From the NCBI GenBank assembly GCA_043228905.1, contig JBHGNT010000002.1, positions 15,996,001-16,060,000 on the forward strand: a DNA stretch of 64,000 bases. The letters run 5' to 3'. The notes beneath the pieces were generated by a model. The model was not told the DNA's origin, made no database searches, and saw only the letters and a list, made by a program, of their open reading frames with translations. The translations under genes were made by a program, and so were the position numbers. Source of the DNA: Azolla caroliniana (taxonomy: Eukaryota; Plantae; Polypodiophyta). How positions within the stretch are numbered: the stretch's first letter is position 1; the number at the start of each line of letters is the position of its first letter. This document shows, piece after piece, positions 38,201 through 50,400 of this stretch.

Positions 38201-41040
38201 TTCCAGTTGCGACACTTTTACGCGCTGTGAAACGGCCATTTCCCATTCCAACGCTTCCTGCGCTTGCCGTAACTCCCGGATTGCGTCTTTATCCGGTTCT
38301 GCTTCAGCCTCTTCCGGTTGCGGTAAGTATGGTGCTACCGCTTCGGCAATGTCAATTTCGAAGAGGGGTATGATCTTCAGGTTTTCTTGCAAGTACTGAG
38401 CTTCTTCTTCGTCAGCTAACCCTTCTAGCATGTTGACGCATTCCGCATACAACGGTGTACATTCCTTGCCAATGCTCGTCCTTGGCTGTGTTGGTACCCG
38501 TACCTTGGCTTTTCCTCGCCGGAAGGTAATTATATTTTTCCTCCAATTCTGTTTGATATGTGCCGTTTTCAACCATGGCCGCCCCAGCAATAGCGGGTAT
38601 GCGCCTTGTGCCTGTAATTGTAGCATTACTGCCGAGATGTGAAATGTATGACCGCCCACGGTGACTTCTAATTTCCGTATTAATCTTGTCGGCCGCACTG
38701 AGCTTGTATCGGCCATCCGCAACCAGAACGGACATGGCTCCCACTCGTGGATTCCTAGGGTATCACACGTCCGGAGGCTTATTACATTCACCCCAGAGCC
38801 TCCGTCTATAACTGTGCTGGGGAGTTCTTTCCCTTTTACAATGGCAGTGATTACCGGACTGTTGGTGTCCACCACCGTTGGTCCCTCCTCCGGATTCGAG
38901 AAGAGTACCGGTGCCGGTGATGATTCTCCTGCCGTCATGGCCGTCTTCAGTCCTTCCGCGAATCTTGGCACGAGTTGTAGGAGTCTTCCGAGTGGCAGCG
39001 TAATCTGGCATTCTTGCAACGCCTGCCATGTCTCGTTCTCGGAGTGACTACCGTCGGCAAGCCCTACGGTGTTCTCCTTTTGCCGCTGTAAGTCTGTGAC
39101 ATTCTGCTCGTTTGCTTTCTTTACCCATTCCGTCGCTTGTTTCCGGATGGTCTCCTGCGTCTCCCATTCCTTGGCCATGCCCTTCGACCTTGTGGTCACC
39201 TGTTGTAGATCTGCCACCTCAGGGACTACCATATTTACCGCTGGTCGTTTTTCATAGCTCTTCACCAGGCATTGATTACTATAATGGCCTTCCTGTCGGC
39301 AGTAGTAGCAGTAGGCTTTCTGGGTATTGCTGGATTCGGCATTGTCTGTTGTACCCGGGGCAGGTCTTGCGGTACGCGTGGGGTTTTGGGCCGGTTGGCT
39401 GCTTGAAGCTCCTTGTTCCGGATCCCGTGGGTAGCCGCCTTTTTTGAAATGCCGTTTTTTGTTATAGCTCTTCTTATTGCGGTACTCTTGACAGGGTTGC
39501 CCGTTATATCTGCCGTATTCCTCCCATTGTTGTCGATACCCGGGGGAGTGCTCCCGGTCTTAATGTTCGTATCGTCTATTGTAATCCCGGTACCGATCAT
39601 GCCGGTCATAGTTATCCCGCCGATCACCGTACCGGACATCATTCTCCCGTCGATCGCCATACCGGACATCCTTTGCCAGTCGGTCACGGTCCATTCGCCG
39701 CCAACGTTCCTCTTCTTCATCCTGGCTGCTGCGTGGCTCAATTTGTCGGACGAGCGGTGCTTGCCGGTTCAATAGATTATACTCGCACCTATCCGTCGTA
39801 TGGCCCTTGGATTGACAGATTACACATTGCGTCCTCATAGTGCATTCTAGAGCCGAGTGTCCGGAATTCAAGCAGGTTGTGCACTGTATTGCTTGCCGAA
39901 ACCGGAGGTCTTCATCGCCCGTTGGAGTGCTCCTAGTGTGAGCCAGGAGCTTGTCTTTTCCATCTCTCTCACCCGGTCAATGAACTAGTTGATGGTACTT
40001 GTGCGGAAGTCAATTACCGTGCAAACCGTGCGTAGGGGTTCCCGGAGCGCGTTTAGGAATATAGTCCGTAATTCCTCCTCCGGGGGTGCGCGGGCAAGCT
40101 GACTATGCATCCGTTGAAAGCGGATGACAAATTGGGGAATGCTCTCCCCTGCCTCCTGTCGGATGGTATAAAATAGGCCTACCATTATGGTCTGGTCCAC
40201 CTCCTTTTGGAAAAAATGCAAGAATTTAGCTTTTAAATCTGCAAAGGTGTTAATGGTAGACGGGTCCTGCGTCCGGCGCCATCTTGCTGCCGGTCCCTCC
40301 AATGTGATGCCAAATTCCGCTATCTTAGAGCGTTCCTCTTCAACCTGGGTCAATCGCTGGGACACATGGTTGGCTTCCTAGGTCTGTTCAAAGGCGTGCA
40401 CGTGAGCTTCTGCGTCCGGATCATCTCTATACTTGGAGTACTGGAATGGCATGTCGTCGTCCGGTATCGGTGCGCGGGTTGGCAGTGTTGGTGCTCGTTC
40501 CGGGATTTTCTCCGGCGTCGGTGGTTTTTCCCGATTTGTTTCCGGCGTCGGTGGTTTTTCCTCCTCTTTTGGTGACGGAGGCCTCTCCTCTTCGACTTCC
40601 GGTGTCGGAGGTCGCTCTTCCTCTGCTGGTTCCGGGGGTTCCAGCGTTAGCACTTCCGGTTCCGGTGTCGATAAGGTATCTGATCCTTCGTCCTCCGGTC
40701 CGCCCAGGTTTTCGTTGCTGCTACGGTAGTTCGTGTGCACGCTGTATTCCCCTTCGGAGTCCGATTCATACGCTGAAAAGGCTTCTGCTTCGCCTTCTCC
40801 GCTTGCCAATGCCTGGAGCAGGGATTCGGTTTCCCGTAGGCTGCTTAGGCTGTTGCCGTCGTCCAGGTGCGATGTTTGCTGTAACTAGAGGGAGTCCTCC
40901 ACTACTCTCCGGATTACGTTGGAAAACGAGCGATCCTCTCTAATTTCCTGCGCCGCTTGCTGGAAAGCCTCACGTCTCCTTTGCCTTTCGGCAAGGCGTC
41001 GAGTTCGATCTGTAACCAGGTCGTGCGTTGATCTAGTCAT
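35248..41040 (-). pseudogene. Element B gag-pol (three CCHC knuckles, PR, RT, RH, IN); decayed
   Basis: IDGGSGVN, VCVDYRKLN, VFLDD, FVDASD, WGLDLVGP, WTGPY. Confidence 0.92.
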
Positions 41041-41858
41041 CCATCCGTGCCGTCGTTAGCTGCAAAAACAGGAATCGTGGTCGCCAAAAGCTGTGTTAAC
41101 TCTTAGGGCCGGACAATGGCCTAACACAGGGTGTTTACAAAAGACACTTCAGCAAAGGGGTGTTACGGCAACAGGATTAGACTCAACGATTAATCCGACT
41201 TAATTAGGTTACTTAGCATGATCGTCTTTAATAATCACACGCGTTGTCGTGCCTTTCGGCTCCGGATCGTTGCGTGAGTCGGGTGGGAACCGCCGAGGTT
41301 TTGGACTAGGAGAAAGAAGAATATGAGATGAGGCTAGTAATGAATAGATTATTAGAAAGAGAGATAGAAATTTCGTGAATCCCACGAGTGTATTTTATTC
41401 GATTATTCAATATTTAGATAAGAATATGTATTTAGATTGAAAGAAAGATATAAGAAACTTGTGAATCCCACAAGTATAGATTATATTATTTTCGTGAATC
41501 CCACGATTATATTAATCGGTTGGTGTTTTCGGAAATATATCCAATTTCCAAATATTTCACACACCTATTACATTGTGCTCCCCATCCTTATGTAGTGATG
41601 GGAGAGACTAAGCATAGCTACATGCTTTTTTCTAATATGTTCATGCACACTAAATGTGCATGTGATGCTTTTCTAATCCTTGCTTTTATTTGCTAAATAT
41701 AGTGCTCATGCACGCTAGATGTGCATGAGTCACTTTTTAGTTGCTTGCGTTTTTCTATAAAATATTCACGCACTCTAAAAATGCACGATTTACCTTTTAA
41801 TAAAGGTAGGCGCAAATAAAGCAGTTATAGTTATTAAATCTATTTATAGAACACTAAA

Positions 41859-41932
41859 GATAAGGAAGCATAATGGTAAAGTTGAGGTTTGGCTACGTGG
41901 AGGTACAGGGTTCAAATCCTGCCCTATGCACG
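41859..41932 (+). promoter_or_regulatory. tRNA-like Pol III A/B-box cassette in E 3' LTR
   Basis: A box AAGCATAATGG (41866), B box GGTTCAAATCC (41909), T-run about 30 nt downstream. Confidence 0.65.
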
Positions 41933-42020
41933 TGATAAATATCTTGATATTTTTATTTTATTTATTGGTGATAAATATCTTGATATTCTTATTTTATTTA
42001 TTTATATGTAATTAAATCGG

Positions 42021-44117
42021 TTATATTATTTTTACTTTTTCACGTAGTGTACGAGATACACTACGACACTCGCCCCCTCCGAACCCGCACATCCTCCGGT
42101 ATGTGCCGAAGTTGCCGATGCTCGTTGTCTCCCCTTCATCCTCCGTTTGTCCCGCTATGCCAACTTTGTCTCTCCATTTTGAGTAGACCCATTCTTTCCA
42201 CCCGAACCATTGTCGCCATCCGATCCACCATATTCTTTGTTCTCTCTCGTCATATTCTTGGCCCTTGTCATTTGTGGTAGTGTCTTTTACTGGCCTCTTT
42301 CTTGTCTTCATCAACCTTGACTTTTTTCCGGATCGCTCTCGTCCGATCAACTTTCGGTTTGATCGGCTTCCGATCGGATTCGTATTCGGCCGAATCGGAA
42401 TCGGTTGTTCGGTTTCGATTGAGTCGGTCCCCTTCCGGCCCGGTTTCGATCTATCGGTTTTGGTTTTGGTTGGCTTTCTTTTCCTCGTTTTCACCAGCCT
42501 CGACCGGTCCAACCTCCGATTGAGTCGGATTAGCTTCTTTCCGGATCGGTCTCGTCCGATTTGCTTTCGGCTAGGTCGGCTTCCATCCATATTCGCGTTT
42601 GGCCAAGTCAGACTCGGTCGATCGGTTTTGACCGAGTCGACCCCTTTTCGGGTCGGCTTTCTTTCGGGTCGTCTTTCGGCTGAATCCTCATTTGCCCGGT
42701 TCGGCTTTCGTTTGTGTCGTCTTTCGGCTGAATTTTCTTCCTTTCGGTTCGGCTTTCTTTTGGGTCGACTTTCGGTCGAATCCTCTTTTACCCGGTTCGG
42801 CTTTCTTTCGGATCGGAATCCCGTCCGGATCACCTTCCATCCGAACCGGCTTCCGACTTTACCTTTCTTGCTGCCACCTCCCGTCTCTCCGGTCTCACGT
42901 TGGTTCTCGAATACAACCGCCGAAGTCTCTAGAATTAGTGGGTAGGAATCCTCGGTATTATCATCCTCCATTGTTTCACCCATAGCCATATTCTTGGCTA
43001 TCTCTCCGTCATACGCATCGGCTTCGACCTTTGTTTTCTCTCCGCCACCTTCCGTCTCTTCGGTCTCACGTTGCCTTTCGAACGCAACCGCCAGAGTCTC
43101 TGGAATCAGTGGTGGGGAAGTCTCGATATGGCCATCCGCCATTGATTCGTCCATAGCCAGCTTCGATTCGATGGCATCTTTCGTGGTGACCTCCTCAATC
43201 AAGTCCTCCTTGCTCTCTTTCACTGCATCAATTATGCAAACATCAATTATGCTTACCCCTTTTTCACCCGATGTTTCAGACACTTGTATTCCGAAATCTT
43301 CTTCTACACTTGGGTTATCGGCCTTATCCGTCGTCGTTGTTCTTTCGCAAGACAAGAGGGTAGCTTGTTTTACACCCTCTTCCGTCGCACCATCATGTTG
43401 TATTTCAGCCTTCATATCGGCTCCATCGTTTGTCTTCAATCGACCATCCTTCATCAGCCATGTCGTTGACAAGATTCTCATCTTCCTCTCATCATGTCTC
43501 CGGCATACCCTTTCGACTTTGGCCCAATCCTCGGTAAGACCGTTCGCACCGTCATCGTCTTCAAGTTCAATCCCGATGTCCATCCTTTCTTTTCGATCGA
43601 TCGATTTTACGAACATTAGGACTTTATCCTCCCCCACCAATCGTTGTTCCCGCTCCGAGAGTCGAGCAAAACGATGCTCGAACTCTAGGAATGCTTGTGT
43701 TGCACTTTGGTGGGTCTTCTCCGATGCCACCCATTCGTCGAATTCTCGCCGATCTTGTCCCTTTGATCTCTTGTAATCATATGCCTCTCGTAAAGCTTCT
43801 TCGAATGACCCCCATGTCGAGTTTTGTTGCCATATCTTGTGGATTCTCTCTTGTAGCTCATCCGTGGCCACCCGATTGAAGGATGTCACTTGCAATCCTT
43901 CCGGTATCCCACATCGTATCATCTCCGCCTTGTAGTCACGTAGATAGCGTGACACATCGTTTCCGTTGAATTGTCCGTTTCGTTGTACGAGCCGCTTTAC
44001 TGCCCCCGTGATCTCCGACATCACTCGTTGTTCTTGTAGCATTCGTTCGAACATCATCATCATCGTTATGCTCATCGCCTCTTGTTGATTCTCCATCTCC
44101 TTGCCACCCGCCTTCAC
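42021..44117 (-). CDS. Gag-derived 698-aa ORF of element E with acidic and basic repeat tail
   Basis: GQFNGNDVSRYLRDYKAEM..GANGLTEDW aligns with C gag; ORF is uninterrupted. Confidence 0.85.
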   Translation of the reverse strand: MKAGGKEMENQQEAMSITMMMMFERMLQEQRVMSEITGAVKRLVQRNGQFNGNDVSRYLRDYKAEMIRCGIPEGLQVTSFNRVATDELQERIHKIWQQNSTWGSFEEALREAYDYKRSKGQDRREFDEWVASEKTHQSATQAFLEFEHRFARLSEREQRLVGEDKVLMFVKSIDRKERMDIGIELEDDDGANGLTEDWAKVERVCRRHDERKMRILSTTWLMKDGRLKTNDGADMKAEIQHDGATEEGVKQATLLSCERTTTTDKADNPSVEEDFGIQVSETSGEKGVSIIDVCIIDAVKESKEDLIEEVTTKDAIESKLAMDESMADGHIETSPPLIPETLAVAFERQRETEETEGGGEKTKVEADAYDGEIAKNMAMGETMEDDNTEDSYPLILETSAVVFENQRETGETGGGSKKGKVGSRFGWKVIRTGFRSERKPNRVKEDSTESRPKRKPNRKEENSAERRHKRKPNRANEDSAERRPERKPTRKGVDSVKTDRPSLTWPNANMDGSRPSRKQIGRDRSGKKLIRLNRRLDRSRLVKTRKRKPTKTKTDRSKPGRKGTDSIETEQPIPIRPNTNPIGSRSNRKLIGRERSGKKSRLMKTRKRPVKDTTTNDKGQEYDEREQRIWWIGWRQWFGWKEWVYSKWRDKVGIAGQTEDEGETTSIGNFGTYRRMCGFGGGECRSVSRTLREKVKII

Positions 44118-44748
44118 GTCGGGTTCACCAACTGTGTCGTGCCTTTCGGCTCCGGATCGTTGCGTGAGTCGGGTGGGAACCGCCGAGGTTTTGGACTAGG
44201 AGAAAGAAGAATATGAGATGAGGCTAGTAATGAATAGATTATTAGAAAGAGAGATAGAAATTTCGTGAATCCCACGAGTGTATTTTATTCGATTATTCAA
44301 TATTTAGATAAGAATATGTATTTAGATTGAAAGAAAGATATAAGAAACTTGTGAATACCACAAGTATAGATTATATTATTTTCGTGAATCCCACGATTAT
44401 ATTAATCGGTTGGTGTTTTCGGAAATATATCCAATTTCCAAATATTTCACACACCTATTACATTGTGCTCCCCATCCTTATGTAGTGATGGGAGAGACTA
44501 AGCATAGCTACATGCTTTTTTCTAATATGTTCATGCACACTAAATGTGCATGTGATGCTTTTCTAATCCTTGCTTTTATTTGCTAAATATAGTGCTCATG
44601 CACGCTAGATGTGCATGAGTCACTTTTTAGTTGCTTGCGTTTTTCTATAAAATATTCACGCACTCTAAAAATGCACGATTTACCTTTTAATAAGGGTAGG
44701 CGCAAATAAAGCAGTTATAGTTATTAAATCTGTTTATAAAACACTAAA

Positions 44749-44822
44749 GATAAGGTAGCATAATGGTAAAGTTGAGGTTTGGCTACGTGGAGGTACAGGG
44801 TTCAAATCCTGCCCTATGCACG
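44749..44822 (+). promoter_or_regulatory. tRNA-like Pol III A/B-box cassette in E 5' LTR
   Basis: A box TAGCATAATGG (44756), B box GGTTCAAATCC (44799). Confidence 0.7.
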
Positions 44823-47202
44823 TGATAAATATCTTGATATTCTTATTTTATTTATTTATATGTAATTAAATCGGTTATATTATTTTTACTTTTTCACGTA
44901 GTGTACGAGATACACTACGACAGCGTAAGATATAACAATGAAGGCAGAACGACAATTAACACAGAGAGATAACAACACTAAGCTTTATTAATTAATCGCT
45001 CCTCATTACATTGTATCTGGGCCTTTAAATAGGTTTCCGGTCTGTATTACAAAACGGTGCCATCCGCACCTGTTCGGGATCGGTCCGGATCCAGAACGGC
45101 ATACCGATTCCGGTCCGTCCACACTCATAGCTTAATTACAACCACATTCCTACTACTTAAATAACTCCTCGTTTCACACTCTGGACTCCTTTGCCGGCCG
45201 GTAATACTTCAGCCAATCCAACTTGTTGGCCTTTAGCCGATTGCCTCATGTTGAGCTTGTCTCTCAACACTCCCCCTCAAGCTCAATTTGAGGTTCCTCA
45301 TCAACTTCAGTTGGTCCTCCAGTCCCTCTTCTCCTTGCTTCACGGCGTTTTTCTGGCACTCCATGACCCGTTCTCCTCCCTTAGCGATCTTCTTCTAGTC
45401 GTTCTCTTGTCTGATTCGTCTTCCTTAGCCGACTTGGCTCTCTTGTGTTTGAGTCTCCCCCTCAAGTTTGGCAAATTGAGGTGTTGTAGACCAAACATGC
45501 CTGAGAATTGCCGCAACTTGTCAAGATCAAGGGGTTTGGCGAAGATGTCAGCCACCTGCTAATCCGTCAAAATGTACACCAACTACACTTCACCAGAGAC
45601 AACTCACTTGTGCACGAAGTGGTAATGCACTTGGACGTGTTTCATTCAACCGTGGAAGACAAGGCTCTTTGCTAATTGGATGCAACTCAGGTTGTCGTAG
45701 TAGATCACCATCAGATCGAACACCTCTACCTACAAATCCTTTAGTAGCCTCTTAAGCCACACAACTTCACATGTAATGATGGTCGCTCCTCTATACTCAG
45801 CCTCAGTGCTCGACAGTGCTATCGTCGACTACTTCTTGCTGCACCAGGCAATCGTTGCACTCACTAAGGAGAATGGATATCCTGATGTTGATTAGCGATC
45901 ACCTGTGCTTCTGGTCCAATCGGTGTCTATGTCACCGACCAACTGTTTGGCTAAACTTGTCTGATATAGAAACCCACGATATTTTGTGCCGCTCACATAG
46001 TGCAATATCCAATGCGTGCACTGAAGGTGATCGGATGTCGATTGCGACATAAATTAACTGATCAAGCCGATCAGATAACTAAGGTCTGCCCTGGTGATCG
46101 TCAAATAGATGAGGCTTCCGACAATCTGCCAAAACCGTGTCGCATCGCACATTATTCCTAATCCATGGCAAAGCGTGACATTCCTATCAAGAGGAGTCGC
46201 GATGAATTTGCAATCCGTCATGCTGAACTTGAAGAGCGTATTCAACACATAATGTTGTTGATTGATCAATATGCCTTCTGGGGTGCGGATCACTTCGATC
46301 CCAAGGAATTAGTGAAGGTTCGCCAAGTCCTTCATCTCGAATGATGCCACCAACTGAGACTTCACACAGCCAATTTTCTCTAGGTCAGTGTTGGTGATGA
46401 CCAAGTCATCTACATAGATTAAAATACTAATTGGCCCATTCCGACCTTGTCGGATGAACAAGGACGAGTCCGACTTTGATGGAGCAAACCCATCTTACAC
46501 AGATGCTACGTAATTTTGGCATTCCATGCTTGGGTACTTCCTCAATTGGTAGACAACCGATTTGTTCAAATCGGATTGGAATCCAGTAGGCTACACCATA
46601 TACACTTGTTCCTTAAGGTTTCCTTGGAGGAATGCATTTTTCACCCATCTGATGCAAATGTTATCCCTTACCACTGCTACAGATAGCAATACATGAATGG
46701 TCGACATCTTTGTGACCGGCGCGAATGTCTCATCATAGTCGATGTTGTGTTGCTACGCATAGCCCTTGGCCACTAGTCGGGCCTTGTACTTGTTGATAGA
46801 GTTGTCAGTATTATAATTTACTTTGTACACCCATCTACATCTGATCGTCTTGACTCCGTTTGGGGGTTTAACAAGGTCCCAAGTCTCATTTTCGGCAAAT
46901 TCATTCATCTCTTCCTCCATGGCCACTCTCCATTTCGTGTCTTGTGTCGTCTCCGCATAGCTCTTCGGCTCGCATATGTCAGCCACTTTCCTCATGTACG
47001 CATAATAATTCGCCATGTACTCATTGTACTCGTACCAGATTACGGGGTTTCAGTGGCGAGTTGATCGGCACAACATCTCGTTGGCCATCTTCAAAGCCCT
47101 TCTAGCCAATTCCAACCTCAACTTCAGAGATCCCTGATCACTTATGGCCCCGTCCGATTCATTCTGATCCGACATGCCCACTTTAGTGCCGTATTCCAGC
47201 AT

Positions 47203-47497
47203 TGTTGGTTGGGCAGGACGATCGAAGTGTTAAAGGGCCAAAGGACAGCCAAAGTGTGAAAGGGTCGAAATGACAAGCATGAGTCGTAACCGACACAAGT
47301 GGAGCCGGATAGATGTGGAGTTGGCCAATAGTTAAAGTAGGAAAAGTAATGCGTGTAAATAATTAGAGAGTAGTAACAGATTAAAAGTAGTAATAGTTTT
47401 TACTCTTCTTGTTGTAACTAATTCTTGCTTCCTATAAAAAGGGGCATGCAACATAGTAAAGGGTGTTAGTCTGTATTGAGTCAGTCGTCATAATACA
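47203..47497. mobile_element. Probable solo LTR within copia G
   Basis: TGTTGG...TACA; absent from the paralogous copia segment near 60620; TSD degraded (AGCAT/TACAT). Confidence 0.55.
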
Positions 47498-50400
47498 TAC
47501 ATCTTCTTCTTTCCCTTCTCTCTATAGGTAAACCATCTCTTTGGTTTCACCCTTGGGGATTGCACGGCCGAGTCTTCGTCGCTCACCGGCATGTCAATTG
47601 ACCACCCATTTCGGCTAGGTTCTTCCATCAGCCCACTTAGCTAGAATGAAATCGGACTATCGTTTGGAATCCTGATTTCCTCTTCATCCAAGATCATCTC
47701 GGCCTCACTCGCCTCATCCTCAGAATTTGGCATGAATTCTACATGGATTGGATTGGTCAGAGATTTATACCAAGGAGTTGTTTCATTGAACACAACATCG
47801 CAACTGACTCGAACTTGCTTGCTCTAGGGGATATAACATTTATAACCCTTCTACTCGTCTAAGCGACCGACCAAGATACATTTCTCGGCTTTGGTATCAA
47901 GTTTCCTCTGCTTCTCTTTTGGCACATGCACATATGCCATGTTGCCAAACATCCGCAAGTGCACCAAGTTTGGCTATTCTCGAAATACAATTCATGTGGC
48001 GACACTTTGCCTCCAGCTGCAAAACTCAGGTTCTGAAGGTAAACGGCCATTCTGACTACTTCGGCCCAATAGAACTTGGGCTTTTAACCGATCGGTTTGC
48101 AATGTCGGGGAGGGTCAACCAGGTCCCATGTGTCATTGGCATCAAGTGCCTGCATCTCTTCCTCCATAGCGGCACACCATTGTGCGTCTTTTGTCGCTTC
48201 TGCATAGCTCTCCGGCTCACGCACTTCCACCACTTTTGTCATGTACGCATAGTGATGCACCATGTACTCATTATATTTGTCCCTCTTTACGGGGTTCTTT
48301 TGGCGGTATCGTGTTGTTCTGCTTGCGTGGGAGAGACTAAGGCAGGACCGCGGGGGCCTTGAACCGTGGAATAACCAACAGAGGGAGGAGCGATGCAGGA
48401 ACAATGGCCAAGCCACACACACACTCCAATACACAGAACTCGCAACTTATTCGACAACGGAAAACCAGACGAATATATATATATGATTAGGGTTACAACC
48501 GGCAAGCCGGTGAGCGACAACGCTCTAACACTCACATGCACCCACGGAAACGCGGGATGGAAACTCTGCCGAAAGCACTCAGGCTTTCCATGAAGCAGAG
48601 GTAGCCTCCCAAAAACCTACAGAGAGCAACAACAAAGAAAGACGGAGGAGAAGAGCTCAGTCCCGGTCCGACAACACTTCGTCCTCCACCGAATGCGATC
48701 CCGACTCTACCCCTTTCCCTCCCTTTTATAGCCCAAGGAGGGAAAGACGTTAGAACCGGTCACACCACCATTATTCTCTGTCCTTTCAAACAGAGATACT
48801 CCTCGATTTCCTACCTAATGAATACGCACTACCTAGGATATTCGCATCGGCCGGTTTGTACCTAACTATGTACAATACATCAAACTTTGTGCCCGCGTGT
48901 AAGGGCCGGTTCACGCACACTATTCCCAGATTCCACCTTGGGACGGTTTTCTTCTCGACATCCGCCCCCACCAAACCGCGCATCCACCAGTATGCGCCAA
49001 TTAGACCTTAGCCGGAGAAAACCGGCCTGTTCTCCGAATCGTTGTCCTCCCTGATCCAGTCGTCACTGTCATCCACGCTCTCTGGGTCCAATTCGTCCTC
49101 ATGCCGCTTCTTGAACACCTTGATCCTCTTCCCGTTCACCGGCACGGCTATCCTTGTTCAGTTGAGCTCCGCGAGATGGTAGGTGCTGTTGTCATTGGAG
49201 CTTGTCACCATGTAAGGCCCGAACCACCTCCTCGCAAATTTCTGCATCGCCTTGTGCTGGTTGTTGAGGTTGTTGTCGTAGACCAAAACCCAGTCACCTT
49301 CCTCAATTTTCTTCGGTCGCAACCGGTGAGTCCGATAAATCGTCCCTTGTTCCTTGCCCTCACTGTACACAGTTTCGTCGTTGCTAGTTCTACGTCCTCC
49401 GGTCTTCGCTCGAGCTATCAAATTCGTGCCGCTAACAGCTCCTCCTGGCTCATCTCGTCTCTCAAGCCCACCGTGGCCCACGAGGAGATCGTCGCTCCAT
49501 CAGCATGATTGGTTTCTGCCCGTACATCAACTTTGTCAGCATGAACCCGGTTACCGAACTATTCGTAGTTCGGTCCGCCCACAACGCATAAGGTAGGAGC
49601 CGCGCCAATTTCCGACTTGGCCTCCACATGCCCGTACTATCGCTTTTACGATTGGCACGTGCCCGTGCTCCACCTTCCCGTTTGCCTCTAGATTGTAGCC
49701 GTGGTGAGTGAGAGTTTAACCCCCAACCGATTAAACAGCTCTTCGGCCTCGTGCGCGTCCAGTTCTCCCCAGTCAGCTATGATCTTCCCTACGCGCCCAT
49801 ACCGTCATACCACCTCTTCGATCAGGAATCGGCACACGGCCACGGTCGTCTTGTTCTGTAATGCACGGGCCTCCACCTGGTTCGCCAGGTCCTCTCGTGC
49901 TAGCACCAAGTAGCGCATCTGCCCTACTCCCATCGGCATCGTCACCAGATCCACCATCCACTTGAAGTGGACGGTCGGCGGGTAAGTCGGGTGCAACTCA
50001 TCCCGATGTCGGATTATGGAGTGCATCTGGCAGCTTTCACAAGTCGTCACGAACTGATGCACGTCCCGGTATAGTCCCGACCACCAGTACTTCTCCTTCA
50101 GCTTCTCGAATGTGGCCCACATCCCGCGATGTCCTGCACAACGACTCTCGTGGTCCGCCGTCAGCAATGCCTCCTGCTCTTCCTTCCTCGCCACTACCCG
50201 GAGTGAGACGTGGTCTCGCTTCTTCGGGTGCTTCCATATGCTTCCGTCCCGTAGGAAGAATCAGTATGCTTTCTTCTGGATCCAGTTAGCCTCTTCCTTT
50301 GTCCACGCCGTGTCCGGCATCATCGTCTTCAGGAACCCGCCAATCTGGAGCCACTCCCCGTCGTACCTGCCCTCGTCGAACTCGTTAAGCGCCGGAGTGC

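Larger units (their letters stand above)
41245..44922 (-). mobile_element. Non-autonomous gag-only LTR element E (TR-GAG-like), inserted in the 5' LTR of B
   Basis: LTRs 41245-42068 and 44135-44922, nearly identical; TSD GCGT; tRNA-Trp PBS at 44130-44115; PPT GGAGGGGGCGAG; no pol. Confidence 0.93.
23666..45206 (-). mobile_element. Full-length non-chromovirus Ty3/gypsy element B with an extra 3' ORF; hosts elements C and E
   Basis: LTRs 23666-24100 and 41094-45206 (the latter split by E); TSD CTTCA; PBS TGGCGACCAC (tRNA-Arg-like) at 41086-41077. Confidence 0.92.
23431..48085 (-). mobile_element. Ty1/copia element G (3' part), split by gypsy B
   Basis: 3' LTR is 45269-45207 plus 23665-23431; PPT at 45270-45278; decayed RH, RT and IN at 45340-48085. 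Confidence 0.8.

Noticed and set aside
42265-43776. Long plus-strand ORFs (226 and 260 aa) in element E
   Set aside because: Antisense shadows of the charged, repetitive minus-strand ORF
48307-48960. Pol III cassette in F LTRs (also checked B and copia LTRs)
   Set aside because: No convincing A/B box pair seen by eye
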